Part shown: positions 48,565 through 58,981 of the stretch, one piece after another
How the letters are laid out: every line of letters begins with the position of its first letter
Numbering within the stretch: position 1 is the first letter of the stretch
Assembly (NCBI GenBank): GCA_963516675.1
Contig: CAUQBH010000002.1
Span: 35,237-99,236 of the forward strand
Direction: 5' to 3'
DNA length: 64,000 bases
Source of the DNA: an uncultured Flavobacteriaceae bacterium
GTDB taxonomy: Bacteria > Bacteroidota > Bacteroidia > Flavobacteriales > Weeksellaceae
Position numbers and translations under genes: made by a program
The notes under the pieces: generated by a model
Databases searched by the model: none
The model's input: only the letters and a program-made list of their open reading frames with translations
Told to the model about the DNA's origin: nothing

Positions 48565-49809
48565 ATGGAATTAAAGAGAGTAGTAGTTACAGGTTTTGGA
48601 GCCATTACGCCACTGGGCAGTAATGCGCAGGAATATTGGGAAAATCTCACTAAAGGCGTAAGTGGTGCTGCACCTATTACTCTTTTTGATTCTACTAATT
48701 TTAAAACTCAATTCGCTTGTGAAGTCAAAGATTTTGACCCTCTTGCTCATTTTGATAAGAAAGAGGCGAAGAAAATGGACAGAAACACGCAGTTGGGACT
48801 TGTTGCGGCAAGAGAAGCTGTGACGCATAGTAGAATAATAGAAGATGAGGTAAACAAGGATAGAATAGGTGTAGTTTGGGGTTCTGGAATTGGAGGGTTA
48901 GGAACTTTTGAAGCCGAAGTTTTAGGCTGGGCAAATACAGATGTTCCAAGGTTTAATCCGTTCTTTATTCCTAAAATGATAGCAGATATCACGCCAGGGA
49001 ATATTTCTATAGAATATGGATTCCATGGGCCGAATTATACTACTGTTTCTGCGTGTGCATCATCGACCAATGCTCTGATAGATGCTAAAATGCTTATCCA
49101 GTTAGGTAAAGCAGATGTCATCGTATGTGGGGGGTCAGAAGCTGCTGTTACAGCCAGCGGTGTAGGAGGCTTTAATGCCTTGATGGCGCTTTCTACAAGA
49201 AATGATGACCCAAAAACAGCATCTAGACCATTTGACAAAGACCGTGATGGTTTTGTCCTTGGGGAAGGGGCAGGGTGTGTTATTCTTGAGGAATATGAGC
49301 ATGCTGTAAAGCGAGGAGCTACTATCTATGCAGAACTAAAAGGAGCAGGTCTAAGTGCCGATGCTTACCACATGACAGCTCCACATCCAGAAGGATTGGG
49401 TGCGTATCTTGTGATGAAAAACTGTTTAGAAGATGCTGGCGTTCAGCCTAATGAGGTAGATCATATCAATATGCATGGTACATCTACACCTCTTGGGGAT
49501 ATAGCAGAGTCTAGCGCTATCGCTAAATTGTTCGGAGAACATGCTTATAATATTCAAATAAACTCTACAAAGTCTATGACAGGGCATCTTCTAGGTGCAG
49601 CAGGAGTTATAGAATCTATAGCAGCGTTAGGGACTATCATTCATGGTGTGGTACCACCTACGATCAACCATTTCACTGATGATGAACAGATAGACTCTCG
49701 TCTTAATTTTACATTCAATAAAGCTGTTCAGAGAGATGTGAAAGTAGCAATGAGTAATACTTTCGGTTTCGGAGGACATAATGCCTGTGTTCTATTTAAG
49801 AAAATCTAA
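48565..49809 (+). CDS. fabF: 3-oxoacyl-ACP synthase II (FabF)
   Basis: 414 aa. Active-site Cys block TVSACASS, His blocks INMHGTSTPLGD / GHLLGAAG, and C-terminal NTFGFGGHNA. Confidence 0.92.
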   Translation: MELKRVVVTGFGAITPLGSNAQEYWENLTKGVSGAAPITLFDSTNFKTQFACEVKDFDPLAHFDKKEAKKMDRNTQLGLVAAREAVTHSRIIEDEVNKDRIGVVWGSGIGGLGTFEAEVLGWANTDVPRFNPFFIPKMIADITPGNISIEYGFHGPNYTTVSACASSTNALIDAKMLIQLGKADVIVCGGSEAAVTASGVGGFNALMALSTRNDDPKTASRPFDKDRDGFVLGEGAGCVILEEYEHAVKRGATIYAELKGAGLSADAYHMTAPHPEGLGAYLVMKNCLEDAGVQPNEVDHINMHGTSTPLGDIAESSAIAKLFGEHAYNIQINSTKSMTGHLLGAAGVIESIAALGTIIHGVVPPTINHFTDDEQIDSRLNFTFNKAVQRDVKVAMSNTFGFGGHNACVLFKKI

Positions 49810-50570
49810 TGAATAAGATTAGGAGGTATATTTCAGACTTTCTATTAAAGAAAAGAAGAGATACAAAATACCCCGATAGGGATCTGAAATTTATTGCCGA
49901 GATTAGTAAACTCGTTGGATTTAAAATCCAAGATATAGAGCTATACAGAGAGGCTTTTTCCTTAAAAAAAAATTCTAAAGATGGTGGCTGTTCCAAAAAC
50001 TATGAGAGACTTGAGTTTTTGGGAGATGCTATGATAGGAAGCATCATTTCTTATTATCTGTATGAGAACTATCCTAATCACAATGAAGGTTATCTCACGC
50101 AGATGAAATCCAAGATTGTCAATAGACAAAATCTTAATCGCTTGGGCGAACAGTTGTGTTTGACCAGTTATATTCAGAATTCTAAATTACAAGTTTTAGG
50201 AGAAAATATTTCGGGGAATTTGTTGGAAGCTTTGGTGGGAGCGGTGTATTTGGATGCTAATTATGAAATGTGCCAGTCTGTTGTCGAAAGATGGCTTCTT
50301 AACCCAAGTGAGATTACCAGAATAGAAAACAAAATAGTAAGCTATAAGAGTCTTCTTCTGGAATGGGGACAGAAAAAGAAAGTGAAGATCCAGTATGAAA
50401 CTGCCGAGGAGCTCTTGCCTAACAAGAGTATTTGTTTCAAATGTTCGGTCTTGCTTAATGAAGAAAAAATAGGCTGTGCCTCTGAGTCTTCAAAGAAAAA
50501 AGCAGAAGAAAAAGCGGCTAAAAGAGCGTTTTATGCATTAAATAAAAGAGAAAATATCCTTGAAAAATAA
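49809..50570 (+). CDS. rnc: Ribonuclease III
   Basis: 253 aa with the RNase III signature ERLEFLGDAMIG and a C-terminal dsRBD. The start codon overlaps the fabF stop (TAATG). Confidence 0.88.
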   Translation: MNKIRRYISDFLLKKRRDTKYPDRDLKFIAEISKLVGFKIQDIELYREAFSLKKNSKDGGCSKNYERLEFLGDAMIGSIISYYLYENYPNHNEGYLTQMKSKIVNRQNLNRLGEQLCLTSYIQNSKLQVLGENISGNLLEALVGAVYLDANYEMCQSVVERWLLNPSEITRIENKIVSYKSLLLEWGQKKKVKIQYETAEELLPNKSICFKCSVLLNEEKIGCASESSKKKAEEKAAKRAFYALNKRENILEK

Positions 50571-51013
50571 CAAAATATTCCTTGATTTTGAAGAAGAAGA
50601 AATTGTAATAGGGTTGATAAAATTGAAACAACAAATATCTCATCACGAGCTGTTTTTCAAGGTAAATCAACTCAATTTGTTTAATTTTTATAGAGCCAAT
50701 GACTTGATGGTGGAGGATTATTTTAGACATTATAAGTTTCCAAAGTTTGAAACTTATGATGAAATTACACAAGCTAAATTTACTATCTTTGCTAACAAGT
50801 CTTTTTGGTCCGAAACAAAACAAACGAGTCCAAATGAGCTTTTTCAGCAAGGAGACGAAGAAAAATATTTTATTGATAAAGAAGTAGATTATATAATCTT
50901 TTCAAAAGATGGTTGGGAAGATTTTTCTAATATAAATTTTCCTAAGGATTGGGTGGATTCCGTAGAGGAACATCTACTCTCTTCAGAACAGGAATTATAC
51001 CAAATAATATTTT

Positions 51014-51024
<11 letters not shown>
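50560..51024 (+). CDS. Hypothetical acidic protein in the conserved rnc-pyk interval (possibly IPExxxVDY-family; motif only partly matched: ...KEVDYII)
   Basis: 154 aa, overlapping rnc by 11 bp and pyk by 11 bp. Family suggested by position and a VDY motif only. Confidence 0.35.
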
Positions 51025-52462
<1,438 letters not shown>

Positions 52463-52497
52463 AATATTGTTTAATCTAAAATTGATAAAATAAAATT

Positions 52498-52908
52498 ATG
52501 TATCCAGAAGAATTAGTAATTCCTATGAAGGAAGAACTTACAGAAAATGGTTTCAAAGACCTTACAACGCCAGAGCAGGTTGTAGAAGCACTTGGGCAGA
52601 AAGGGACAACGCTATTGGTTATCAACTCTGTGTGTGGTTGCTCTGCTGGAGCAGCGAGACCAGGAGTGCTTTATTCCCTTACAGGAGATAAGAAACCAGA
52701 TCATTTAGTGACTGCTTTTGCAGGATTTGATACGGAAGCTGTAGCAGAAGCGAGAAAGCACATGGCACCATTCCCGCCGTCTTCTCCATCTATTGCTTTG
52801 TTCAAAGATGGTGAGCTTGTTCATATGATAGAAAGACACCATATAGAAGGGCATCCAGCAGGAGCTATCGCTGCTAATTTGCAAGCAGCTTATGAAGAGT
52901 TCTGCTAA
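52498..52908 (+). CDS. BrxA/BrxB-family bacilliredoxin (YphP/YqiW, DUF1094)
   Basis: 136 aa. NSVCGCSAG carries the CGC redox motif and the overall length is typical of bacilliredoxins. Confidence 0.7.
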   Translation: MYPEELVIPMKEELTENGFKDLTTPEQVVEALGQKGTTLLVINSVCGCSAGAARPGVLYSLTGDKKPDHLVTAFAGFDTEAVAEARKHMAPFPPSSPSIALFKDGELVHMIERHHIEGHPAGAIAANLQAAYEEFC

Positions 52909-52932
52909 AAAGATACTTTTTAGAAAAAGAAT

Positions 52933-52975
52933 AAAGCCAATCTTTAATTACAAAGATTGGCTTTATTTATTTTTA
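52933..52975 (+). terminator. Strong rho-independent terminator after the bacilliredoxin gene (13-bp stem AAAGCCAATCTTT/AAAGATTGGCTTT + T-run)
   Basis: Perfect 13-bp inverted repeat, 6-nt loop, then ATTTATTTTT. Confidence 0.7.
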
Positions 52976-53048
52976 TGAGAAAATTATTTTTAAAACTATT
53001 TTAAATGGATATAAAATTTAATAAAATGTAAATGTTATAAAAATAAAA

Positions 53049-53080
53049 AACCTTGGCAATCAGTGGATTATCAAGGTTTT
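53049..53080. terminator. Hairpin (CCTTG...CAAGG with A/T flanks) at the 3' end of the - strand tRNA cluster
   Basis: AAAAAACCTTGGCAATCAGTGGATTATCAAGGTTTT. Confidence 0.4.
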
Positions 53081-53084
53081 AGAG

Positions 53085-53168
53085 TACCCCAGGCGGGACT
53101 TGAACCCGCACGCCAAAGGAGGCACAGGATTTTAAGTCCTGCGTGTCTACCAGTTCCACCACCAGGGC
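53085..53168 (-). tRNA. tRNA-Leu (anticodon TAA), class II with long variable arm
   Basis: Hand fold gives GCCCTGG...D-arm GTG/CAC, anticodon stem CAGGA/TCCTG, loop CTTAAAA and T-arm GCGGG-TTCAAGT-CCCGC. The acceptor stem has three G·U pairs. Confidence 0.75.
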
Positions 53169-53174
53169 ATGGAA

Positions 53175-53250
53175 TGGAGCGAAAAACGGGATTCGAACCC
53201 GCGACCCCAACCTTGGCAAGGTTGTGCTCTACCAACTGAGCTATTTTCGC
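53175..53250 (-). tRNA. tRNA-Gly (anticodon GCC), CCA encoded
   Basis: GCGAAAA...anticodon loop TTGCCAA...T-arm GCGGG-TTCGAAT-CCCGT...TTTTCGC-T-CCA. Perfect 7-bp acceptor stem. Confidence 0.88.
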
Positions 53251-53255
53251 AACTG

Positions 53256-53337
53256 TGCGGATGAAGGGACTCGAACCCCCACGCCTCTCGGCACCAGATC
53301 CTAAGTCTGGCGTGGCTACCAATTACACCACATCCGC
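53256..53337 (-). tRNA. tRNA-Leu (anticodon TAG), class II
   Basis: GCGGATG...anticodon stem CCAGA/TCTGG, loop CTTAGGA, long variable arm. The acceptor 3' strand CATCCGC pairs perfectly. Confidence 0.82.
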
Positions 53338-53371
53338 GGAAAAAATGAACTACTTTGTTCTTTTGTGATTG

Positions 53372-53402
53372 CAAATATACAAACTTATTTTTAATCTGCA
53401 AG
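53372..53402 (-). promoter_or_regulatory. Putative promoter of the tRNA-Leu/Gly/Leu operon (-33 TTG, 19-bp spacer, -7 TATATTTG on the - strand)
   Basis: The reverse complement of 53372-53402 reads cTTGcagattaaaaataagtttgTATATTTG, about 34 nt upstream of the first tRNA. Confidence 0.35.
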
Positions 53403-53475
53403 TATAAATATATATTTTTTTATTTTTTCCTTTTAAAAGAGTTTTTTAACTTTACCAGCTAAAATTTATATTTCT

Positions 53476-53856
53476 ATGGAATTACAAGGAACAGTGAAGA
53501 AAGTATTTGAAACTCAAACTTTTCCAAGCGGTTTTCAGAAAAGAGAGATGGTGCTGCTTACAGAGGAGCAATATCCACAGCCTATCAGTATAGAGTTTTT
53601 ATCTGAAAAAATATCACTTTTGGACCAAGTGTCAGAAGGAGATAAAGTAAAGATAGGAATCAATATCAGAGGAAGAGAATGGACTAATCCAGAGGGACAG
53701 GTAAAGTATTTTAATTCTATCACAGCATGGAGATTGGAAAAAACAGATGGAGGCAGTTTTGATGAGCCTACATACACGGCGCCTGCAGCATCACAGTCTT
53801 CTGCGGTGAATGACAATCCGTTTGATGAAGAATCAGATGATGATTTACCATTCTAA
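53476..53856 (+). CDS. DUF3127 domain protein
   Basis: 126 aa. GTVKKVFETQTF...FQKREMVLLTEEQYPQPISIEF...GDKVKIGINIRGREW is typical of DUF3127 (recall). Acidic C-terminal tail. Confidence 0.6.
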   Translation: MELQGTVKKVFETQTFPSGFQKREMVLLTEEQYPQPISIEFLSEKISLLDQVSEGDKVKIGINIRGREWTNPEGQVKYFNSITAWRLEKTDGGSFDEPTYTAPAASQSSAVNDNPFDEESDDDLPF

Positions 53857-53915
53857 ATAAAATCTTATTATAAAATAAATCCTGCTGTTTAGTGGGATTT
53901 TTTAAATTTTAATAA

Positions 53916-54560
53916 ATGTATCAATTAGATTCAGAAATTTGGTTTCCAGACCCGTATAAATATCATCCCGAAAGAGAGATTGTAGCTGTAGGAGGAGATT
54001 TGTCTGCTCGGCGGTTGATTTTGGCTTATTCTTTGGGGATTTTTCCGTGGTTCAATGAAGGTGATGAAATTTTTTGGTGGAGTCCTGACCCTAGATTTGT
54101 GCTTTTTCCAGAAGAGATAAAAATTTCTAAATCGATGCGAAAAATCCTGAGAAACGGCAAATTTTTTTTCACAGAAAATAAATGTTTCGAAGAAGTGATG
54201 AGAAACTGTGCAAATATTTCACGAAGAGGGCAGGATGGAACTTGGATTTCGGAGGAAATGATAAAGGCGTATACAGAACTAAATCAGCAGGGAAAAGCCA
54301 AAAGTATAGAAGTCTGGGAAAATGGGGAATTGGTAGGAGGTTTTTATGGTGTGGAAATGGGGCATGTTTTCTGTGGAGAAAGCATGTTTAGCAAGGTGAG
54401 TAATGCCAGCAAAGCAGGATTTATTCAGTTTGTAGAAAAAAATGCTGACCGATACAAACTCATAGATTGTCAAGTTTATACGGAGCATTTGGAAAGCCTT
54501 GGAGCGAGGGAAATCCCTAAAATAGAGTTTTTGGATATTCTTCGTAAGCCTACGAATTGA
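53916..54560 (+). CDS. aat: Leucyl/phenylalanyl-tRNA--protein transferase
   Basis: 214 aa. WFPDP...GGDLS...LAYSLGIFPWF and a C-terminal GNAT-like fold. Confidence 0.85.
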   Translation: MYQLDSEIWFPDPYKYHPEREIVAVGGDLSARRLILAYSLGIFPWFNEGDEIFWWSPDPRFVLFPEEIKISKSMRKILRNGKFFFTENKCFEEVMRNCANISRRGQDGTWISEEMIKAYTELNQQGKAKSIEVWENGELVGGFYGVEMGHVFCGESMFSKVSNASKAGFIQFVEKNADRYKLIDCQVYTEHLESLGAREIPKIEFLDILRKPTN

Positions 54561-55788
54561 TTTTGATAATCTTAAATTCTCCTTTGAGATAGGCTATCTG
54601 CATCTCGTTTTTTATTTCTTTGGGAAGTGTGGTAACAGGAATGGTAAGTTTTAGGATTTTTTCCCAAGAGAGCGTCTGGTGGTAGAGTTCATAGAAACCA
54701 TAGCCGATGAATTTCCCGCCTTTGAAAGCCAGAAAAGAATGCTCGCTGAGTTTTCTTCCTTGTCCTATCCACAGTTCGTTCCTTCCAGCGAACGAAATTT
54801 TCTTTTTCAAGGCTTTATAATCTAAATTTTCTTTTTGTAGAATTGACAATAATTTTTCGGCTTGAGAAGGATATTTGAAATTAAATAAATCCGTTTCGTT
54901 TTCATTCTTTTTAGATGAAGAAACGAAGAAAGAGCCTGTCTGCGGGCTGTATCTTATAGCGAAAGGTTTAGAAGTATTTCTTTTTACTTTTTTTTCTTTC
55001 AGCATCAGCTGGGCGATGATGTCCGTGCCAGTGAACTTGTAGTAGATTTGCTCTACATTTTTCTGAAACTGAATGTTTCTTTTGGATTTAGAGTTTAAAA
55101 TTCCCTTTGCAGACTTGTAAATATTGTCGCTGAAATCACAGAAAATGATTTTTCCTGCTTTATCTTGTAGGTAGAAAATCCCTTTTTCAGAAGGCAGATT
55201 TTCAGTAAGTTCGTTGATTTTATTGATATAGAGTTTGGATTGTGTTTCTTCTTGATGCTGTTGAATAATCTGGTTTTCAGCGTCTTTGGAGATTAGAAGT
55301 TTAAATAAATCCAATGTCGCTCTGGCATCACCGCCAGCACGATGAGCATCTGAAAGCGGGATGCCCACAGATTTACAAAGTTTCCCAAGCGAATAACTTT
55401 CTACATCGGGAATCAGTTTTTTGGCTAATGGAAGGGTGTCTATGGTATTAATTTTAAAATTAAATCCCAATCTTCGGAAAGACTGGCGCAGCATACGGTA
55501 GTCAAACTCTACATTGTGTCCCACGAGCGTGGTGTTTTCGGTCATTTCTATTACTCGTTTCGCTATCTCATGGAATTTTGGTGCTCTTTTGACCATTTTA
55601 GGCGTTATCCCAGTGAGTTTTTGAACATATTGGGTAATTTCGGCTTCGGGATTAACGAGCGTGATGAACTGGTCTACCACCTCATGCCCATCATAAACAA
55701 AAATAGCGAGTTCTATGATGCATTCTTCTCTGAAACCTGCGCCGTTACTTTCTATATCTATTACCGAATACATTTTACCATCAATCAA
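54550..55788 (-). CDS. DnaQ-like 3'-5' exonuclease with a C-terminal Cho/UvrC-like GIY-YIG-type domain
   Basis: 412 aa with Exo motifs I (VIDIESNG), II (HNVEFDYRML) and III (HRAGGDARAT). After about 190 aa, KGIFYLQDKAGKIIFCDFSDNIYKS aligns position-by-position with the UvrC/Cho GIY-YIG block (GVYRMYDAGGTVIYVG...). The 3' end overlaps aat convergently by 11 bp. Confidence 0.65.
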   Translation of the reverse strand: MIDGKMYSVIDIESNGAGFREECIIELAIFVYDGHEVVDQFITLVNPEAEITQYVQKLTGITPKMVKRAPKFHEIAKRVIEMTENTTLVGHNVEFDYRMLRQSFRRLGFNFKINTIDTLPLAKKLIPDVESYSLGKLCKSVGIPLSDAHRAGGDARATLDLFKLLISKDAENQIIQQHQEETQSKLYINKINELTENLPSEKGIFYLQDKAGKIIFCDFSDNIYKSAKGILNSKSKRNIQFQKNVEQIYYKFTGTDIIAQLMLKEKKVKRNTSKPFAIRYSPQTGSFFVSSSKKNENETDLFNFKYPSQAEKLLSILQKENLDYKALKKKISFAGRNELWIGQGRKLSEHSFLAFKGGKFIGYGFYELYHQTLSWEKILKLTIPVTTLPKEIKNEMQIAYLKGEFKIIKINS

Positions 55789-55917
55789 AGCTGCAAAGAT
55801 AAAGTTTTAATGATAAATGGTCAATGTTTGGTAAGTGTCCCAGCTTTATTTTGGCAGGTTCTTTTTATTTATTAAAAATAAATTCCCTCCGAAATGAAGG
55901 GAATTTTAAATAAAAAA

Positions 55918-57471
55918 TTATTTTTTTGAACCTTTGGTGGTCTTTTTCAGTCCTATCATTCCCATGATGGCTTTTGCGCCCTCTCTCATTAGGGTTTTTC
56001 CGAAAGTCTGTATCATGGGGCTTCCTAAGATACTTTCAAACATAGACGGCTCTTCCTTGGCAGGTTTGCTCTGCTGAGGTTTGTTGGTTTCTGTATTCAC
56101 GGAATCTCCCTGCTCTTCATTCATTCTTTGTAATAAAATTTCGTAAGCAGATTCTTTATCAACAGTTTGGTTGTATTTTCTTACCAATTCAGACTGGTTT
56201 ACAAGATTGTCAATCTCCTCTGGAGACAAGATGTCCATTCTACTTTCTGGTGAAATTAGATAAGTGTGAACCAGCGGCGTAGGGATTCCTTTTTCGTCTA
56301 ATGCCGTTACGAAAGCCTCTCCGATTCCTAGGGACTGGATAAGTTCACTCGCTTTATAAAACTCACTCATAGGGTAGTTTTCCACAGCTTTGGAGATTTC
56401 TTTTTTGTCTTTTGCAGTAAATCCTCTTAGGGCGTGCTGTATTTTTAGTCCCAGCTGACTCAAAACAGATTCTGGAATATCGCCAGGCACCTGCGTGATG
56501 AAATAAATTCCCACCCCTTTAGAACGGATAAGTTTTACCATTGTTTCTATCTGTTCTAAAAGCACTTTTGGCGCATCTTTAAAGATTAAATGAGCTTCGT
56601 CTATGAAAACAGCCAATTTAGGTTTATCTAGGTCACCTGCTTCTGGAAGTGTCAAATATATCTCAGCAAAAAGCGACAAAATAAAAGTAGAGAACAGGGC
56701 AGGCTTGTTTTGTATATCTACTACACGAAGGATATTTACTACGCCCTTTTCATTTCTGGTTTTTAGCAAGTCTAAAACATCAAAGCTAGGTTCTCCGAAG
56801 ATTTGTGTAGCGCCTTGTTGTTCCAGTGCTACGATGCTTCTCAGGATAGCGCCTAATGATGCAGGAGCGATAGAGCCATAGCCGTTGGCAAGTTCTTTTT
56901 TACCTTGTTCATTATCAGTTACATATTGTAATACTTTTTTTAAGTCCTCTAAGTCTATCAGAGGAAGACCTTTGTCATCACAATATTTGAAAACAATAGA
57001 CATGATGCTGGTCTGTGTATCGTTTAGCCCTAGAATTTTACTCAAAAGCACAGGTCCAAATTCAGTAACAGTAGCTCTAAGTTTTACTCCTTTCTCGGCA
57101 GAGAGAGACATTAGCTCCACAGGGAAAGCCTGTGGCTGGTATGGTAGTTTGGTTTTATCATATCTTTCTTGGATACGGCTGTTCATTTCTCCTGTGGCTG
57201 CTATTCCAGAAAGGTCTCCCTTGATATCCATTACCAAAGAAGATATGCCATGATGTGAGAGCTGCTCTACGAAGGCTTGTAGTGTTTTGGTTTTTCCTGT
57301 TCCTGTTGCTCCAGCGATGAGACCATGTCTGTTGATGGTTCGCAGAGGGATATTTACATCTACTTCAGGGATGACTTCTCCATCCAAAATCCCCTTTCCT
57401 AGAGTAAAGAAATCCCCTTTTGCAGTGTAGCGAGGCGTAGTTTCTGCTATAAATTTTTCCTTTTTTGACAT
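55918..57471 (-). CDS. DUF853 / YjgR-like HerA-type P-loop ATPase
   Basis: 517 aa. GLIAGATGTGKTKTLQ (Walker A), DEAH-like FIDEAHLIF (Walker B) and an acidic/basic C-terminal tail match the E. coli YjgR architecture (recall). Confidence 0.65.
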   Translation of the reverse strand: MSKKEKFIAETTPRYTAKGDFFTLGKGILDGEVIPEVDVNIPLRTINRHGLIAGATGTGKTKTLQAFVEQLSHHGISSLVMDIKGDLSGIAATGEMNSRIQERYDKTKLPYQPQAFPVELMSLSAEKGVKLRATVTEFGPVLLSKILGLNDTQTSIMSIVFKYCDDKGLPLIDLEDLKKVLQYVTDNEQGKKELANGYGSIAPASLGAILRSIVALEQQGATQIFGEPSFDVLDLLKTRNEKGVVNILRVVDIQNKPALFSTFILSLFAEIYLTLPEAGDLDKPKLAVFIDEAHLIFKDAPKVLLEQIETMVKLIRSKGVGIYFITQVPGDIPESVLSQLGLKIQHALRGFTAKDKKEISKAVENYPMSEFYKASELIQSLGIGEAFVTALDEKGIPTPLVHTYLISPESRMDILSPEEIDNLVNQSELVRKYNQTVDKESAYEILLQRMNEEQGDSVNTETNKPQQSKPAKEEPSMFESILGSPMIQTFGKTLMREGAKAIMGMIGLKKTTKGSKK

Positions 57472-57524
57472 TATTTATGATTTTAGGGTCTAAAAATAAA
57501 AAAGAATTTATAAAATAACTAAAA

Positions 57525-57550
57525 AAGGAGATAGAAATTTCTATCTCCTT
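57525..57550 (-). terminator. Terminator hairpin (AAGGAGATAG/CTATCTCCTT) downstream of the small OMP gene
   Basis: 10-bp stem and 6-nt loop, followed on the - strand by a T-run. Confidence 0.55.
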
Positions 57551-57570
57551 TATGTTGGTTTATTATTTTC

Positions 57571-58086
57571 TTAGAATTTGTAAGTGATACCAATTTTACC
57601 ACCAGATACATTACCACCACCACCTTCTAGGTTGATACCGAAGTTTTTAGTAAAGAAGTAACGACCACCAATCTGCGCAGCAATTCCTAAACCAGAAGCG
57701 TAATTTCCATTATAAACGAAATCTCCATCACCATTATATTTGTGAGTCCAGTGATAGTATCCTACAGAAAGACCTGCATAAAGATCAAACTCAGAAGGAA
57801 GTCTTAATATTCTGTTGAAGTGGTAGTTACCATTAGCGGAAATACTAAAAACAGAGTGTTTCCATTCATAGATATACCAAGTTTCTTTTTTAGAACGATA
57901 AGAAGCTTCCGCTCCAATAGTAAAGTCTCTTGCAATTCCATAGTCTACACCTACTATTACAGGAATCCCCCAGCTAGAAATCCCTATTCCAGCATTAATT
58001 TGTACATTATTTTGTTCCAAAGTTCCTTGTGCAGATGCTGTAGCAACAGCAAAAAATAAAGACGCACATGCTAAAATCTTTTTCAT
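57571..58086 (-). CDS. Small outer-membrane beta-barrel protein (OmpW/OmpA-barrel-like)
   Basis: 171 aa with a signal peptide ending ATASAQ, alternating aromatic/glycine beta-strand pattern, and C-terminal ...GITYKF. Confidence 0.55.
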   Translation of the reverse strand: MKKILACASLFFAVATASAQGTLEQNNVQINAGIGISSWGIPVIVGVDYGIARDFTIGAEASYRSKKETWYIYEWKHSVFSISANGNYHFNRILRLPSEFDLYAGLSVGYYHWTHKYNGDGDFVYNGNYASGLGIAAQIGGRYFFTKNFGINLEGGGGNVSGGKIGITYKF

Positions 58087-58209
58087 AAAAAATAAAATTT
58101 AAATTTTTAAAACAGGGACAAAGATATACATATTTTTTAGATAGAAAAATATTTTGTATCAAAATAATATTTATAACTTTATAAAATGTAAAAAATAAAT
58201 TTTATAGTT

Positions 58210-58950
58210 ATGGACAAAATAAAAAATCACATCGGGCTGATTGTCATTTCAGCTGCAATAGTTTTTTCTACTTTTTTGGCTGCTAATGCTTTTAAAAATA
58301 GAAACTCAAATAATGACACTATCAATGTTACAGGGCTTGGTAGTAAGGACTTTGAGTCCGACCTTATTGTATGGAATAGTTCTTTTACAAAGAAAAGTGC
58401 GGATTTGAAAACTGCCTATGCTTCATTAGAAAAAGACAGGGATGCTCTCAAAAATTATCTATTGTCTAAAGGCGTGAAAGAAAAAGAAATCGTGTTTTCT
58501 TCGGTAGGAATTTCTAAAGATTTTGATAGAACTTATGATGAGTATCAGAATGTTCGTTCAGAAGTATTTACAGGATACACACTGAAACAGAATGTGCAGG
58601 TGGAGAGCAAAGAAGTGGAAAAAATAGAGAATATCTCACGCCAAGTTACCGAGCTTATCAATTCTGGTGTGGAGCTGTACTCTGAGCAGCCAGAATATTA
58701 CTATACTAAATTAGCCGAGCTAAAACTAAAAATGATAGCTGAAGCAACCAAAGATGCGAAACTTCGTGCTGAAAAAATTGCAGAAAACGCAGGAGCAAAA
58801 CTTGGTGATTTGAAAAAATCTGAAATGGGAGTTTTCCAGATTATTGCACAGAATTCTTCAGAGGACTATTCTTGGGGAGGCTCGTTCAATACATCTTCTA
58901 AAAAGAAGACGGCTAACATCACTATGAAGCTCTCCTACAATATTAGATAA
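58210..58950 (+). CDS. SIMPL-domain (DUF541, YggE-like) protein
   Basis: 246 aa with an N-terminal TM/signal anchor. The INVTGLG...SFTKKSADLKTAY...LKQNVQVES layout matches the SIMPL fold (recall). Confidence 0.55.
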   Translation: MDKIKNHIGLIVISAAIVFSTFLAANAFKNRNSNNDTINVTGLGSKDFESDLIVWNSSFTKKSADLKTAYASLEKDRDALKNYLLSKGVKEKEIVFSSVGISKDFDRTYDEYQNVRSEVFTGYTLKQNVQVESKEVEKIENISRQVTELINSGVELYSEQPEYYYTKLAELKLKMIAEATKDAKLRAEKIAENAGAKLGDLKKSEMGVFQIIAQNSSEDYSWGGSFNTSSKKKTANITMKLSYNIR

Positions 58951-58981
58951 ATTTCATACCTTTGCGGTTTTCAGATTATTT

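Noticed and set aside
53071-53401. Two overlapping - strand ORFs (83 and 84 aa) in the provided table
   Set aside because: They coincide with the three-tRNA cluster. The GC-rich tRNA sequence simply lacks stop codons.
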